A DNA stretch of 64,000 nucleotides from Pseudobdellovibrionaceae bacterium (GTDB lineage: Bacteria > Bdellovibrionota > Bdellovibrionia > Bdellovibrionales > Bdellovibrionaceae), in assembly GCA_039810425.1 (NCBI GenBank), contig JBDHWW010000003.1:1-64000 (forward strand). The letters run 5' to 3'. Shown here one piece after another: positions 10,193 to 18,130 of the stretch. Every line of letters starts with the position of its first letter. Positions within the stretch are counted from its first letter, which is position 1. Below the pieces are notes generated by a model that was not told where the DNA came from, ran no database searches, and worked only from the letters and a program-made list of their open reading frames with translations. The position numbers and the translations under genes were made by a program.

Positions 10193-11749
10193 TCACGACT
10201 CCATCGCTGCAACTTCTGGATCCACTTTGACTTTGCCTCGTGGCAGGAAGAAAGCAATGAGAACACAGCCACTGACAATACACGCTCCGACCAAGAAGGA
10301 ATCCTGGAACGAAAGCACCATCGATTTTATATTCAAATCCTGGATGAGCAAACCTTGCGAAACCGCCTGAGACTGCCCCCAAGTGTAACCCAAAGAATGC
10401 ACATGATCGCGTAGGATCACCGCCTGTCGGGCGAGGCCTTCGGTTTGGTTCGCAAGATTCTCGCCAACAACGCTGAGGTGATAATGCATACGGTGACTGA
10501 GCACCATCGACAGGATCGCGATCCCCAAAGAACCACCTATCTGTTGCATGATGTTCATCATCGAAGACGCCATCCCGGCTTTGTTTTTAGGAACGGAGTT
10601 CATCGCAAGCGCTGAGATCGGTGAAATCATCAGCGCCAAGCCTACACCGCGAATCAGTGTCGGATAAATAATTCCCCATTTCGAGGTATTGATGTCCAAG
10701 TCCTTATAAAGGAACATGAAAATACCCAACAACACCAGACCGGTGATCGTCAAAGTCCGCGCGCCCATTTTATCGCTGAGGCGCCCGCCCACGGGCATTA
10801 ACATCGCAAGAACCAAAGAGCCGGGCAGCATCAAAAGCCCGCTGTCCACTTCTTCCAAACCTTGAATCTGCTGCAAGAAGACCGGCAACAAGAATGTTCC
10901 GCCATACAAAGCCAGCGAGCGCACCATTGTCACCACCATCGCCATTGTAAAGGTGCTGTTTTTAAACAATGTGATGTCGATGATTCGGTTTTCCACTTGG
11001 GTTTCCACAAGCATGAAACCGGTAAAACCTAAGGTCGCGATAATTCCGCAGACAACAATGTAATTCGAAGTCCATCCTTCATGCTCGCCTTTTGAGACGC
11101 CTAGCAGAAAAGAAATAAGAAAAGCCGTTAAAAAGAAAAATCCCCACGTATCAAATGCTCTGCGGTGATGGGGATGCGGAACATCTTTACGCAGCATCTT
11201 CATCGCCATAATCAAACCGATAATACCGATCGGCAGATTTACAAGAAAGATCGACCTCCAACCAAACCACTCGGTCAAAAAGCCTCCCAGTGTTGGGCCG
11301 ATCGCAGGACCCGCGATCACTCCGACGCCCCAATAGCCAAGCGCTTTACCACGCTCATCAGGATCAAATACCTCGGTGATCATCGCCATACCCGTTGGCG
11401 TGATCGCCCCGCCGCCCAGGGCTTGAATCACGCGCGCTACGATCAGCGAAGGCAAATCCCACGCAAGCCCGCACAGCACCGAACCTAAGGTGAACACAAT
11501 AAGACTGACTGCATACAAGGATTTATGACCGATGCGATCGCGGAGCCACGCAGTCAGCGGCATCAGAGAGGCAAAGGCCAACATGTAGCCCGTGACAATC
11601 CATTCGATGTCATCAACGCCAACACCGAAGTCGGCCATGATATTTGGTACAGAGACATTGACGATACTGGAATCCAGGGCGGCCATCATCGTCCCAATCA
11701 TGACGATGATGAGCACCTCCCATTTATAACGCGAATTTTGCGTTTCCAT
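10193..11749 (-). CDS. DHA2 (EmrB/QacA) MFS efflux permease
   Basis: LDSSIVNVSVP, WIVTGYML, ARVIQALGGG, GPAIGPTLGG, WRSIFLVNLPIG. Confidence 0.95.
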   Translation of the reverse strand: METQNSRYKWEVLIIVMIGTMMAALDSSIVNVSVPNIMADFGVGVDDIEWIVTGYMLAFASLMPLTAWLRDRIGHKSLYAVSLIVFTLGSVLCGLAWDLPSLIVARVIQALGGGAITPTGMAMITEVFDPDERGKALGYWGVGVIAGPAIGPTLGGFLTEWFGWRSIFLVNLPIGIIGLIMAMKMLRKDVPHPHHRRAFDTWGFFFLTAFLISFLLGVSKGEHEGWTSNYIVVCGIIATLGFTGFMLVETQVENRIIDITLFKNSTFTMAMVVTMVRSLALYGGTFLLPVFLQQIQGLEEVDSGLLMLPGSLVLAMLMPVGGRLSDKMGARTLTITGLVLLGIFMFLYKDLDINTSKWGIIYPTLIRGVGLALMISPISALAMNSVPKNKAGMASSMMNIMQQIGGSLGIAILSMVLSHRMHYHLSVVGENLANQTEGLARQAVILRDHVHSLGYTWGQSQAVSQGLLIQDLNIKSMVLSFQDSFLVGACIVSGCVLIAFFLPRGKVKVDPEVAAMES

Positions 11750-11751
11750 AA

Positions 11752-12624
11752 TTATCTCACTTTAATTTTTACCGTCACTGATTGCCCTGATTTCAAAGTG
11801 TCTAAAGGATTGTCCAAAATAATTTTGATCGGAATGCGCTGAACCACTTTCACGAAGTTTCCCGAAGCATTGTCGCTCGGAATCAGAGCGAATTGTCCCG
11901 CAGTTGCCGCGCGCACTTCACTGACTTTGCCACTGAGCTTACCACCTTCATCAATAGAGATGGCCACGGGTTGGCCGGGTTTAATGTGTGTGATTTCAGT
12001 TTCTTCGATGTTTGCGTTCACCCATGCGTGGGCACGGTCGGCGACAGAAACCGCCGTCTGCCCATTCTCGAGAATATTTCCGACTTCGGCAAGCTTCTGA
12101 ACCACAATTCCATCAAATGGCGCCTTCAAGAAGGTATTTTCAAACGCCACTTGCGCGAGCGTGAGCTCTGCTTGCGCCAGAATAAAGTTAGAACGGGCGT
12201 TATCGAGGTCTCTTTGTGGAGCGCTGTTTTGACGAACCAAGCCTTCGAGGCGGCCGAGCTCTTTACGCGTCAAATCCAGTTTAGATTGCGCACGGTCGAC
12301 TTGCGCTTGACTGATACGGTGATCGAGCTCAACAAGCACGTCGTCTTTTTTAACGATCGAGCCCTCCTCCACGTTTACTTTTTCAATTCTCCCGCTCACC
12401 CCGCTCGGGGCGACGCGCACGATGGTCATGGCCACGCGGGCGTCATCCGTATTGATGTACGGATGGAAGAAGAAAAACCACGTAATTAACGCCAGGAGGG
12501 TAATACCAAGAGTGCTGACAAGCACTTTGCGGCTCAGCTCCGACTTGTACCAAACCTTTTTCGCTGAGACAGAGCCTGTTGGAGTTGCTCTTGAAATGCC
12601 GGTCGTGATTGTAGTCTCTGCCAT
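11752..12624 (-). CDS. EmrA/HlyD family membrane fusion protein
   Basis: TDDARV, KAPFDGIV, NASGNFVKVVQRIPIKI. Confidence 0.95.
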   Translation of the reverse strand: MAETTITTGISRATPTGSVSAKKVWYKSELSRKVLVSTLGITLLALITWFFFFHPYINTDDARVAMTIVRVAPSGVSGRIEKVNVEEGSIVKKDDVLVELDHRISQAQVDRAQSKLDLTRKELGRLEGLVRQNSAPQRDLDNARSNFILAQAELTLAQVAFENTFLKAPFDGIVVQKLAEVGNILENGQTAVSVADRAHAWVNANIEETEITHIKPGQPVAISIDEGGKLSGKVSEVRAATAGQFALIPSDNASGNFVKVVQRIPIKIILDNPLDTLKSGQSVTVKIKVR

Positions 12625-12636
12625 AAAGGCTCCTAT

Positions 12637-13074
12637 TTATTTGCCGTGTACTTTGTCAAAGTGTGCGTTTATTTTTGTTAACAAACTAAAAAGCTGTTCA
12701 TGTTCTTCCGGTGACAGGGACGCCACCAAAAGATCCGCAAGTTCGCCGTAAATTGAAAGAATAACCGGCATTTGCTTTTCGCCTTCCGCCGACATCTTGA
12801 CTGTCCATAGTCGGCCATCTTCGGGGCTTTGATTTTTCTCAACCCAACGCTGCTCCACCATCTGCGCGATGGAACGACTGACAGTTCCGGGGTCCGTACC
12901 GACACGCTCGGCAAGTTTTCCCAGGCTGATTTCGCCTTGTGTGTGGATTACTTTGAGCATCACCATCTGACGATGCCCGAAAGGCAGATGTTTAATTCTC
13001 TGAGAAATTTCTAAACTAATGTTTCTTCTCAAAGCGCCATATTGCTCGAGGGTCTTAATATTATTGCTTGCCAT
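12637..13074 (-). CDS. MarR family transcriptional regulator
   Basis: Winged HTH (LAERVGTDPGTVSRSI..DGR); start reassigned to 13074 from the promoter position. Confidence 0.9.
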   Translation of the reverse strand: MASNNIKTLEQYGALRRNISLEISQRIKHLPFGHRQMVMLKVIHTQGEISLGKLAERVGTDPGTVSRSIAQMVEQRWVEKNQSPEDGRLWTVKMSAEGEKQMPVILSIYGELADLLVASLSPEEHEQLFSLLTKINAHFDKVHGK

Positions 13075-13110
13075 GGCAACTAATATAACAGGTGTTATTT
13101 GCCATAGCAA
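13068..13110 (-). promoter_or_regulatory. sigma70 promoter with two MarR-type operators
   Basis: TTGCTA-N17-TATATT; palindromes TTGCCATGGCAA (13068-13079) and TTGCCATAGCAA (13099-13110). Confidence 0.75.
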
Positions 13111-13170
13111 GGAGTGTGGAACTCGCATTCCAAAATGAGACGTAAGATATTAGAATTATTATTCGACTTA

Positions 13171-13212
13171 GAAAAACAAAAAGCCATGGGCTTCAATCCA
13201 TGGCTTTGTTTT
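13171..13212. terminator. Intrinsic terminator, probably bidirectional
   Basis: AAAGCCATGG/CCATGGCTTT 10-bp stem with A- and T-rich flanks. Confidence 0.8.
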
Positions 13213-13232
13213 AAAAGAGTTTTATAGCTCTA

Positions 13233-13331
13233 CTATGGGGGTCCTGTCTCCTGGTGATGGACCAATTCACGAAGCTCCCTGTGAAGCATGAATTCGTGGC
13301 GAAGTGATTTGTTTATTCGTAACACTCGCAT
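13233..13331 (-). CDS. Small ORF not in the ORF track, MRVLRINKSLRHEFMLHRELRELVHHQETGPP (GTG at 13325 may be the start)
   Basis: GAGGAGG SD, sigma28-type promoter upstream, tandem TAG stops, terminator downstream. Confidence 0.6.
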   Translation of the reverse strand: MRVLRINKSLRHEFMLHRELRELVHHQETGPP

Positions 13332-13373
13332 CCTCCTCTAAGGCCATCACTACGATGAACCAACATGCAGTAC

Positions 13374-13400
13374 TTATCGGCTGGACCTTCGGCGGGTTGA
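13374..13400 (-). promoter_or_regulatory. sigma28 (FliA) promoter
   Basis: TCAA-N15-GCCGATAA. Confidence 0.7.
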
Positions 13401-13557
13401 GGTTTTTTTTAACCAGCACGTACGATTATCAGTGTGAAACGAGACTTGCTGTATTTAATTGCACAAATAAAAAAATTTGTTCCAACATCACCCTGGCTTA
13501 CAAAAGAACACTCGCATAAAAAAGCTGCTTGAGTCGCTACTCTTGAGGGGGCGCTTG

Positions 13558-14274
13558 ATGTATCATCAACTTGTGAGCCAGGATGGAACCGATATTTTTT
13601 CGAAAGTGACCGTCGAAGAACGCATGCGTCTTTTCAGAGACCTTGCGAACGTGCGCGGTGAAGTGACCTGCAAAGGTGACGACGACGATGTTTATCGTAT
13701 GATCGTTGAGCGTGCGACGGCCAAAGCCGAACTCCAATGTTCTATTCCTTTCGGTCTCCCATCCCCGGCTAAAGAAAAAGAGCTTTTAGGAAACTTCTTT
13801 TTAGGCGGTGAAAGATATTTCTTTAAAACACCGGTGAAGGTGGATAAAGACGTCGTCATTTTACGCATGGACTCCGATCTCTTTCACCTGCAGCGCCGCC
13901 AAAATTACCGCATTAAAATTCCAGAAAATTATCAGGCAACATTATTGATTTCCTCTCTGAACAAAGCCGCAGTAAAACTCACGGGCCAGCTTTATGATTT
14001 GAGCAGCGGCGGATGTCGCGTCGTTTTAGCTGCCAGTACGCCATTGCTTGAGCATGGCGATATTATTGAAGGGCATGTGGTGATCGGCAAAAGGGAATCA
14101 CTTGGAATAGAGGGCACCGTCCGACACCATAAAATCGAAAAGGGCGCCAATCTCACTAAACAAGTTTTCGGTATCGAATTTAAACCCCTTTCTTCTCTAT
14201 TAGAGGGAAGGTTGTTTGCAATTACAATGGATTTGCACCGGGAATTCTTCTCAAGATTAAACACCAAAAGCTAA
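13558..14274 (+). CDS. PilZ-domain c-di-GMP receptor (YcgR/flagellar brake-like)
   Basis: QRRQNYR (RxxxR) and DLSSGG (DxSxxG) motifs; GAGGGG SD. Confidence 0.85.
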   Translation: MYHQLVSQDGTDIFSKVTVEERMRLFRDLANVRGEVTCKGDDDDVYRMIVERATAKAELQCSIPFGLPSPAKEKELLGNFFLGGERYFFKTPVKVDKDVVILRMDSDLFHLQRRQNYRIKIPENYQATLLISSLNKAAVKLTGQLYDLSSGGCRVVLAASTPLLEHGDIIEGHVVIGKRESLGIEGTVRHHKIEKGANLTKQVFGIEFKPLSSLLEGRLFAITMDLHREFFSRLNTKS

Positions 14275-14346
14275 AGAATTCTTCAAAATTTTAATCGTGT
14301 CCAGAATAGAACCAGCCGATAAGTACTCTATGAAGGCAGGTGATTA

Positions 14347-14427
14347 ATGAAGTACGTACTTGGAATCATCATATTTTCGTTCATTCTAGGAGTCGGCGTC
14401 TGGTTTGAGCTGCTCATGAACGCTTGA
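14347..14427 (+). CDS. 26-aa hydrophobic small protein not in the ORF track, MKYVLGIIIFSFILGVGVWFELLMNA
   Basis: AGGTGA SD, GCCGATAA element at 14315-14322, single TM-like helix, fills the intergenic gap. Confidence 0.6.
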   Translation: MKYVLGIIIFSFILGVGVWFELLMNA

Positions 14428-14429
14428 TA

Positions 14430-15095
14430 TTAGTTCTTTAACTTGGCCGCGGCTTTGTTGGCCTCTTCAAATCGCTTCGTATAAGCACGAAGCTCCTGAT
14501 TGAATTCGCTACTTTTCTCTCGCGCATAGTCGTCGAAGTTCTTTCTTTTATCTCTCATGTCTGATTCGAACTCTTCTCGTCTATCACGTTCCGCGGAATA
14601 AAATTCTTTTCTTTTGGCATCGAGATCATCATAAAAATCCTTATTCTGATCACGTGTGCTTTTTCGTTTCTTAAAATCATTGCGCGCTTCCTCTTGCTGC
14701 TTGGTGAATTCGTCTTTGCGCTTTCTTTCTTCTTTCACATAAGCCTCGCGGGCCTTTGTCATGTCCTTCTGAAAGACCTCCCGCTTCTTACGTAAGAGCC
14801 CATCGAACTTTTCGCGGATGTTCGTTGGAGACTTTTTCCCGTCGGCGAAAAGCTGGTCCATGAATGCGAGCTCATCATTTTCTTTTTTCTTCTCTTCAGG
14901 AATATTCTTACGAAGCTCTTCGAACTGCTGGCGGTCCGCCGTCAAAGAGTACTTGTCGTCGACTAGTGGGGCATTCTCAGTTTGAGACAGAGCGCTTTCC
15001 GATTTTTTTGTAGAAACTTGGCAGGCAGAAATGAAAATCATGGATGCCACATAAAGCAGCGAAAGGTATTTTGTTTTCCCCGACCAATGTCCCAT
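14430..15095 (-). CDS. Highly charged coiled-coil lipoprotein
   Basis: Lipobox ISAC; K/E/R-rich helical body. Confidence 0.75.
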   Translation of the reverse strand: MGHWSGKTKYLSLLYVASMIFISACQVSTKKSESALSQTENAPLVDDKYSLTADRQQFEELRKNIPEEKKKENDELAFMDQLFADGKKSPTNIREKFDGLLRKKREVFQKDMTKAREAYVKEERKRKDEFTKQQEEARNDFKKRKSTRDQNKDFYDDLDAKRKEFYSAERDRREEFESDMRDKRKNFDDYAREKSSEFNQELRAYTKRFEEANKAAAKLKN

Positions 15096-15179
15096 GAACG
15101 GACCTCCCTGAGTCTAATTTGTCTCACTCTGAGAATAATTGGACTTCAAAGAAAGAGCAATCTGTCGATAAGTATATAT

Positions 15180-15908
15180 ATGTTGTACGGAAAACGAATC
15201 TACGAACCTCAGTCGCGCTTGTCGCACAATCGTTCCCAGAAGATGATTCTGAACAAGGCCTTCCAATACAAGTACACGGTCTTCTTGATGACCGCTGTCC
15301 TCGGTGGAGCGCTGTTATTCTTCGCGCCAGCGTACTACTTCATCAGTCAGAACTACACTCTCTTTACAAATCTTGCTTATGATACCCAACCAGCTCTTGT
15401 GACTCACCTCGAGCGCGAAGTGGTTTGGCTCGGTGTCGTTATGGTCCTTAGTCTGGTGATCATAGGTGGTTTCACCCTCGTCGCCGGTCTTCGCATGACC
15501 AAGAATCTTCTGGCCCCGTTGGTGCAAATGGAAAAGCACATGAAAGAGCTCATGTACGGTCACTGGCATATTCCTGATTACAAAATTACGAATGAAGACG
15601 ACTTCCGCGACTTGGCGATGACGTACGACTATTTCTATCGTTCATTGAAAGCCAACACCGAAGCCGAATTGAAGCTCATCGAAAAGCTTTCGATTGACCC
15701 TCAGAATCGTGAAGCCTACGCGGCTTGGAAGAATTTGATTACGATCAAACGCTCTCGCTTGGGCATGCAAGAGTTGCCGTTTGAAGAATTCACGGTGCAA
15801 CCGTTGTCACGCAACGGCCCTGATTTTGGCTCAGAAAAAACAAAGACGGCTGTTACCGGTCCCGACGTAGTGTCGATCGAAGCTGGGCGTCGGCGTCGCG
15901 TTTCTTAA
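15180..15908 (+). CDS. Two-TM HAMP-like membrane protein
   Basis: Two TM helices then APLVQMEKHMKEL..G..EDDFRDLAMTYD; GTCGATAA element just before ATG 15180. Confidence 0.7.
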   Translation: MLYGKRIYEPQSRLSHNRSQKMILNKAFQYKYTVFLMTAVLGGALLFFAPAYYFISQNYTLFTNLAYDTQPALVTHLEREVVWLGVVMVLSLVIIGGFTLVAGLRMTKNLLAPLVQMEKHMKELMYGHWHIPDYKITNEDDFRDLAMTYDYFYRSLKANTEAELKLIEKLSIDPQNREAYAAWKNLITIKRSRLGMQELPFEEFTVQPLSRNGPDFGSEKTKTAVTGPDVVSIEAGRRRRVS

Positions 15909-16305
15909 TGGCTTCGCGTTTATCGTGGGTTTTCTTCCCTTTAACTATGGCAATCTCAATTTTAGCGCGACCTTTTTTGAAGTAAATTTTCAAAGGCACG
16001 CAGCTATAACCCTTTTCACGAAGAGCATCGTAAATACGATCGAGCTCGATCCGATTCAGCAAAAGTTTACGCAATCTCTCAGGTTCATGATTGTTGTAAC
16101 TACTGGCTTTGTAGACCGCGATGTGGGCATTTTGCAGAAACGCTTCCGATCCACGGAAGCTCACATAGGAATCTTTGAGCTGAACATTCTTATCCCGCAA
16201 CGACTTGACCTCACTGCCTGTCAGCATAAGGCCTGCCTCAAAGGTATCAACGATCTCGTAGTTGAACCGGGCATTTTTGTTTTCTTGGATGATCAGAATG
16301 CTCAT
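15853..16305 (-). CDS. smpB: SsrA-binding protein
   Basis: NKNARFNYEI..EAGLMLTGSEVKSLR, RKLLL, KGKKTHDKRE. Confidence 0.97.
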   Translation of the reverse strand: MSILIIQENKNARFNYEIVDTFEAGLMLTGSEVKSLRDKNVQLKDSYVSFRGSEAFLQNAHIAVYKASSYNNHEPERLRKLLLNRIELDRIYDALREKGYSCVPLKIYFKKGRAKIEIAIVKGKKTHDKREAIKKRDADAQLRSTLRRDR

Positions 16306-16337
16306 TCCGAGGACCCTATCAGGGTCCTCGCGGGATG

Positions 16338-16705
16338 TCAAAACAGGGTTTGGGGCGGGATTGCATATCTAAGAAGATGGCTTAGCTCTCCGGAGGCCGC
16401 ACCCGTATGCCTAAAACCACACTTCTCGAGGACATGAATCGAGGCCCGGTTTTGTGGGTGTACGACAGCGGTCAGGGGCCTTTTAAGTTTTGATCGAGCT
16501 GCTAAATCAACAAGAGCCTTACAGGCCTCTGTTGCGAAGCCTTTGCCCGTATCGGGAAATGCATAAACGACATCGGGCTGGTTTCGAGCCCCTCCATAAG
16601 AAATTCTCTGACGTGTTCGTTTTTTGTGAGTGCATAGAAGTCATCGAAATCTTCTTCGGAAATGGGGCAGTAAAAAAGTCGCGGAGACATTGGCGTCAAT
16701 GACAT
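16338..16705 (-). pseudogene. Disrupted RimJ/RimL-type GNAT acetyltransferase
   Basis: N-terminal part SPRLFYCPISEEDFDDFYAL..NEHVREFL in one frame; C-terminal part GKGFATEAC..VVHPQNRASIHVLEKCGF in another frame; central strands missing. Confidence 0.75.
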
Positions 16706-16741
16706 CTATCCAAATTACAAGATTCTCTCTGCCATTAAAAG

Positions 16742-16774
16742 CACCTTCGCCGATGGTAGTGGGGCGTTATTTTG
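16742..16774 (+). repeat. 33-bp direct repeat, copy 1 (CACCTTCGCCGATGGTAGTGGGGCGTTATTTTG)
   Basis: Identical to 17843-17875. Confidence 0.95.
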
Positions 16775-16781
16775 CCGTAAG

Positions 16782-17762
16782 TTATAGGTCCTCGGGCCTT
16801 AACCCCAAATCCATGACCGCCACAAGAGAGACCAGATAGGCTACCTCTTCAATATGCCCTAAGACTTTTTGCATCTTAATTTCGGTAGGGCCTGGCATTT
16901 GATTCATACCAAAAACCTCTACCGTCTCCCCTCGAACCACAGCACCACCAATGCGACTAATTTGAGGCAACATTGCTGTGTTCTTAGAAAAGTAATATGT
17001 CTTACCTTTTCTTATAGTCTCATTGGCAGCGAACTCGACAACTGCGCGATCGTCCGCATTTAGTATCGTCGACATTTCTGGACCGACATCTTTATACAGC
17101 TGCAAATAACCTGAATGTATTTCTTTTGCTGAAGCACTGAGTTCTTTGATGACCACAACGTCTGGCGAGAGTTCGGCCACTTCTTTTTTATTAAGCAGAT
17201 GCTCTGGAATCACCACAATGTATGGTTTCGTATGAGGCAATAAACTGTGCCCATCCCACATGGTGACTGGAATGTTTTTACCTCCAGACGCTAAGTGCTT
17301 TTTAATATATTGGGCAGTTATTTCTAAACCACTCACCCCGCCAACAACGACAGAAATCTTTTCTAACTGACTCATGATAAATCTCCTCTCTTGTGGGCCC
17401 ATGCCCTGATTTTTACTATGCAAAGAGGATAGAATTTTATAAATCACCTGTTCAGCACTGTGGAGTCGTATCTGCTCTTTCTGAAGATGACTGAGTCTCT
17501 CTTTTAAAAGAACTTCCAGACGAGCTGGATTCATCGAGGTATCAACCTCGAGAAGTGACTTGATTTCATTCAACGTAAAACCAAATGATTTGAACTGTTT
17601 AATTCTTTGTACAACTTCCACTTGTTCTTCTGTGTAGTAGCGGTACTTATTCTCGCCACGAGTATGAGCGGCAATAAGCCCTGCGGCCTCATACACACGA
17701 AGCGTTCGTTGAGTGAGCGAAACTTTCTTTGAAAATTGTCCTATGGATAACCAGTTCTTCAT
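16782..17762 (-). CDS. MerR family regulator fused to a Mur-ligase-like C-terminal domain
   Basis: LSIGQFSKKVSLTQRTLRVYE..GLI..YRYY..GFTLNEIK; C-terminal SPDVVVI..ILNADD..YYFS. Confidence 0.85.
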   Translation of the reverse strand: MKNWLSIGQFSKKVSLTQRTLRVYEAAGLIAAHTRGENKYRYYTEEQVEVVQRIKQFKSFGFTLNEIKSLLEVDTSMNPARLEVLLKERLSHLQKEQIRLHSAEQVIYKILSSLHSKNQGMGPQERRFIMSQLEKISVVVGGVSGLEITAQYIKKHLASGGKNIPVTMWDGHSLLPHTKPYIVVIPEHLLNKKEVAELSPDVVVIKELSASAKEIHSGYLQLYKDVGPEMSTILNADDRAVVEFAANETIRKGKTYYFSKNTAMLPQISRIGGAVVRGETVEVFGMNQMPGPTEIKMQKVLGHIEEVAYLVSLVAVMDLGLRPEDL

Positions 17763-17778
17763 TCTTGCCTCTAGAAGA

Positions 17779-17809
17779 AGCCTAAAGTTTGACATTACGT
17801 CAAGGTCAA
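17779..17809 (-). promoter_or_regulatory. MerR-type promoter with 19-bp spacer and dyad operator
   Basis: TTGACC-N19-TAGGCT with TTGAC-GTAAT-GTCAA dyad in the spacer. Confidence 0.85.
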
Positions 17810-17842
17810 ATCAGTTTTGAGAAAATATCAAATGGCCCGGAT

Positions 17843-17875
17843 CACCTTCGCCGATGGTAGTGGGGCGTTATTTTG
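17843..17875 (+). repeat. 33-bp direct repeat, copy 2
   Basis: Identical to 16742-16774. Confidence 0.95.
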
Positions 17876-18130
17876 TGAATGAGGACTATTTTTTATCGGC
17901 GCAAATTAATTCTTGACGTGAGTTTGGGGTGATTTCCCTCTTTACGCCTGTAGAAACAAGAAGTGTTTTAATAAGCTAATACAATTCATCACAAGGCTTG
18001 CACGCTTTTAATTTTTCCAAAATGAGGCCGCTCTCATGCGACCTGAAATCATCTCTGGTGGCGGATTTTAAGGGCCAAAATGGAGCTTAAAAAACGCATG
18101 CTATACCTTTTCGCAGAGAAGGAATTAGCC

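Noticed and set aside
15853..16340. tmRNA gene expected near smpB
   Set aside because: No tRNA-like ssrA ends found nearby or at 30300-30780
16748..16761. CGCCGATGGTAGTG in the direct repeat matches a conserved stretch of bacterial 5S rRNA
   Set aside because: The rest of a 5S gene is absent, and the longer match to the adjacent HNH gene explains the sequence better
16742..17875. Direct repeats as a CRISPR array or integron attC sites
   Set aside because: Only two copies 1.1 kb apart; no cas or intI gene; no RYYYAAC/GTTRRRY ends
17893..17916. sigma28-like TCAA-N12-GCCGATAA upstream of merR, and a lone GCCGATAA at 37014-37021
   Set aside because: Spacing is off or the -35 is absent, so neither was called as a promoter
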